A DNA stretch of 64,000 nt from Patescibacteria group bacterium (GTDB lineage: Bacteria > Patescibacteriota > Minisyncoccia > Phycocordibacterales > CAIZLB01). The notes below the pieces were generated by a model. It searched no databases. It saw only the letters and a program-made list of their open reading frames with translations, and was not told the DNA's origin. The stretch is from NCBI GenBank assembly GCA_040384445.1, contig JAZKJG010000001.1:7650-71649 (forward strand). The letters run 5' to 3'. Each line of letters begins with the position of its first letter. Position 1 is the first letter of the stretch. This document shows positions 63,644-64,000 of the stretch, in pieces. A program made the position numbers and the translations under genes.

Positions 63644-64000
63644 ATGTTTTTTACTTTATATACATAAAGGTTTAAATGAGGAGAAAAGTTTTTTACTTCA
63701 ATTCTTTCATATGTATTGTCTAAGTATTCTTGAATATTTTTCTCGTATCCTTGATCATATCCAAGAAGAACGTAAAATCGTGCATAATCTTTTGACCACG
63801 CTGTAAAAGTATCAATCATGTATTGTTCCGAAAAATCAGGAACTTTTTTTATATCTTCAAATCTTTTCCAAATAGGGAATGTCATCAACTGAGTATCTCC
63901 TTTGTAGTAATATTCAACTGGGTAAGTGATAAACGGAGCGCTCACAATAAATGCATCGTTCGCCTTGGCATGTTCTGCCACATACTCAGCAGCACCTCTA
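63640..64000 (-). CDS. Hypothetical protein, partial (5' end beyond the window), probably co-transcribed with the glycosyltransferase
   Basis: ORF open to the window edge. Overlaps the GT2 start by 4 nt. Confidence 0.35.
   Translation of the reverse strand, partial: RGAAEYVAEHAKANDAFIVSAPFITYPVEYYYKGDTQLMTFPIWKRFEDIKKVPDFSEQYMIDTFTAWSKDYARFYVLLGYDQGYEKNIQEYLDNTYERIEVKNFSPHLNLYVYKVKNI

Overview
This window has a low-GC (~38%), compact bacterial chromosome segment with almost no Shine-Dalgarno sequences. It opens inside rpoB and runs rpoB-rpoC, followed by two small hypothetical genes with intrinsic terminators. Its centre is a ~25 kb cell-surface locus.

The surface locus holds two giant secreted repeat proteins (4577 aa and 2482 aa). 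They share modules: phage-tail-fibre-like VGIGTxTP motifs, ~48-aa TASTTEW repeats, and long arrays of a 17-aa SNF(F/I)G..AG..ATNA beta-roll-like repeat. The larger protein has a C-terminal intramolecular-chaperone (peptidase S74-like) autocleavage domain, and both end in Pro/Thr/Glu-rich tails. A four-gene cassette sits between them that resembles a WxL/DUF916 (csc-type) surface-complex cluster. It has two WxL-like secreted proteins, a DUF916-like C-terminally anchored protein and an FN3-repeat anchored protein.

Downstream genes are:
- a VanZ-like membrane protein, preceded by a ~190-nt structured RNA element
- a beta-CASP MBL RNase
- an N-terminally short prfB
- a hypothetical gene preceded, on the minus strand, by a ~330-nt promoter-to-terminator leader RNA
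- pyrG, an SGNH hydrolase and a cupin protein
- secreted FN3 proteins
- an ECF sigma/anti-sigma pair
- a DoxX-ApbE-FMN-binding (extracytoplasmic flavinylation-type) module
- a META-domain protein
- two MsbA-like ABC exporters, a GIY-YIG protein and a YciB-like protein
- a LapA-like protein, a PrsW-like protease and tsaD (with an insertion)
- gyrA
- a TM-anchored solute-binding protein
- a tandem array of five paralogous VirB2/TrbC-pilin-like two-TM proteins
- an SPFH protein and a QxxRW processive GT2 (cellulose-synthase-like) protein

No rRNA, tRNA or CRISPR was recognised. All family calls come from motif recognition by eye; no searches were run.
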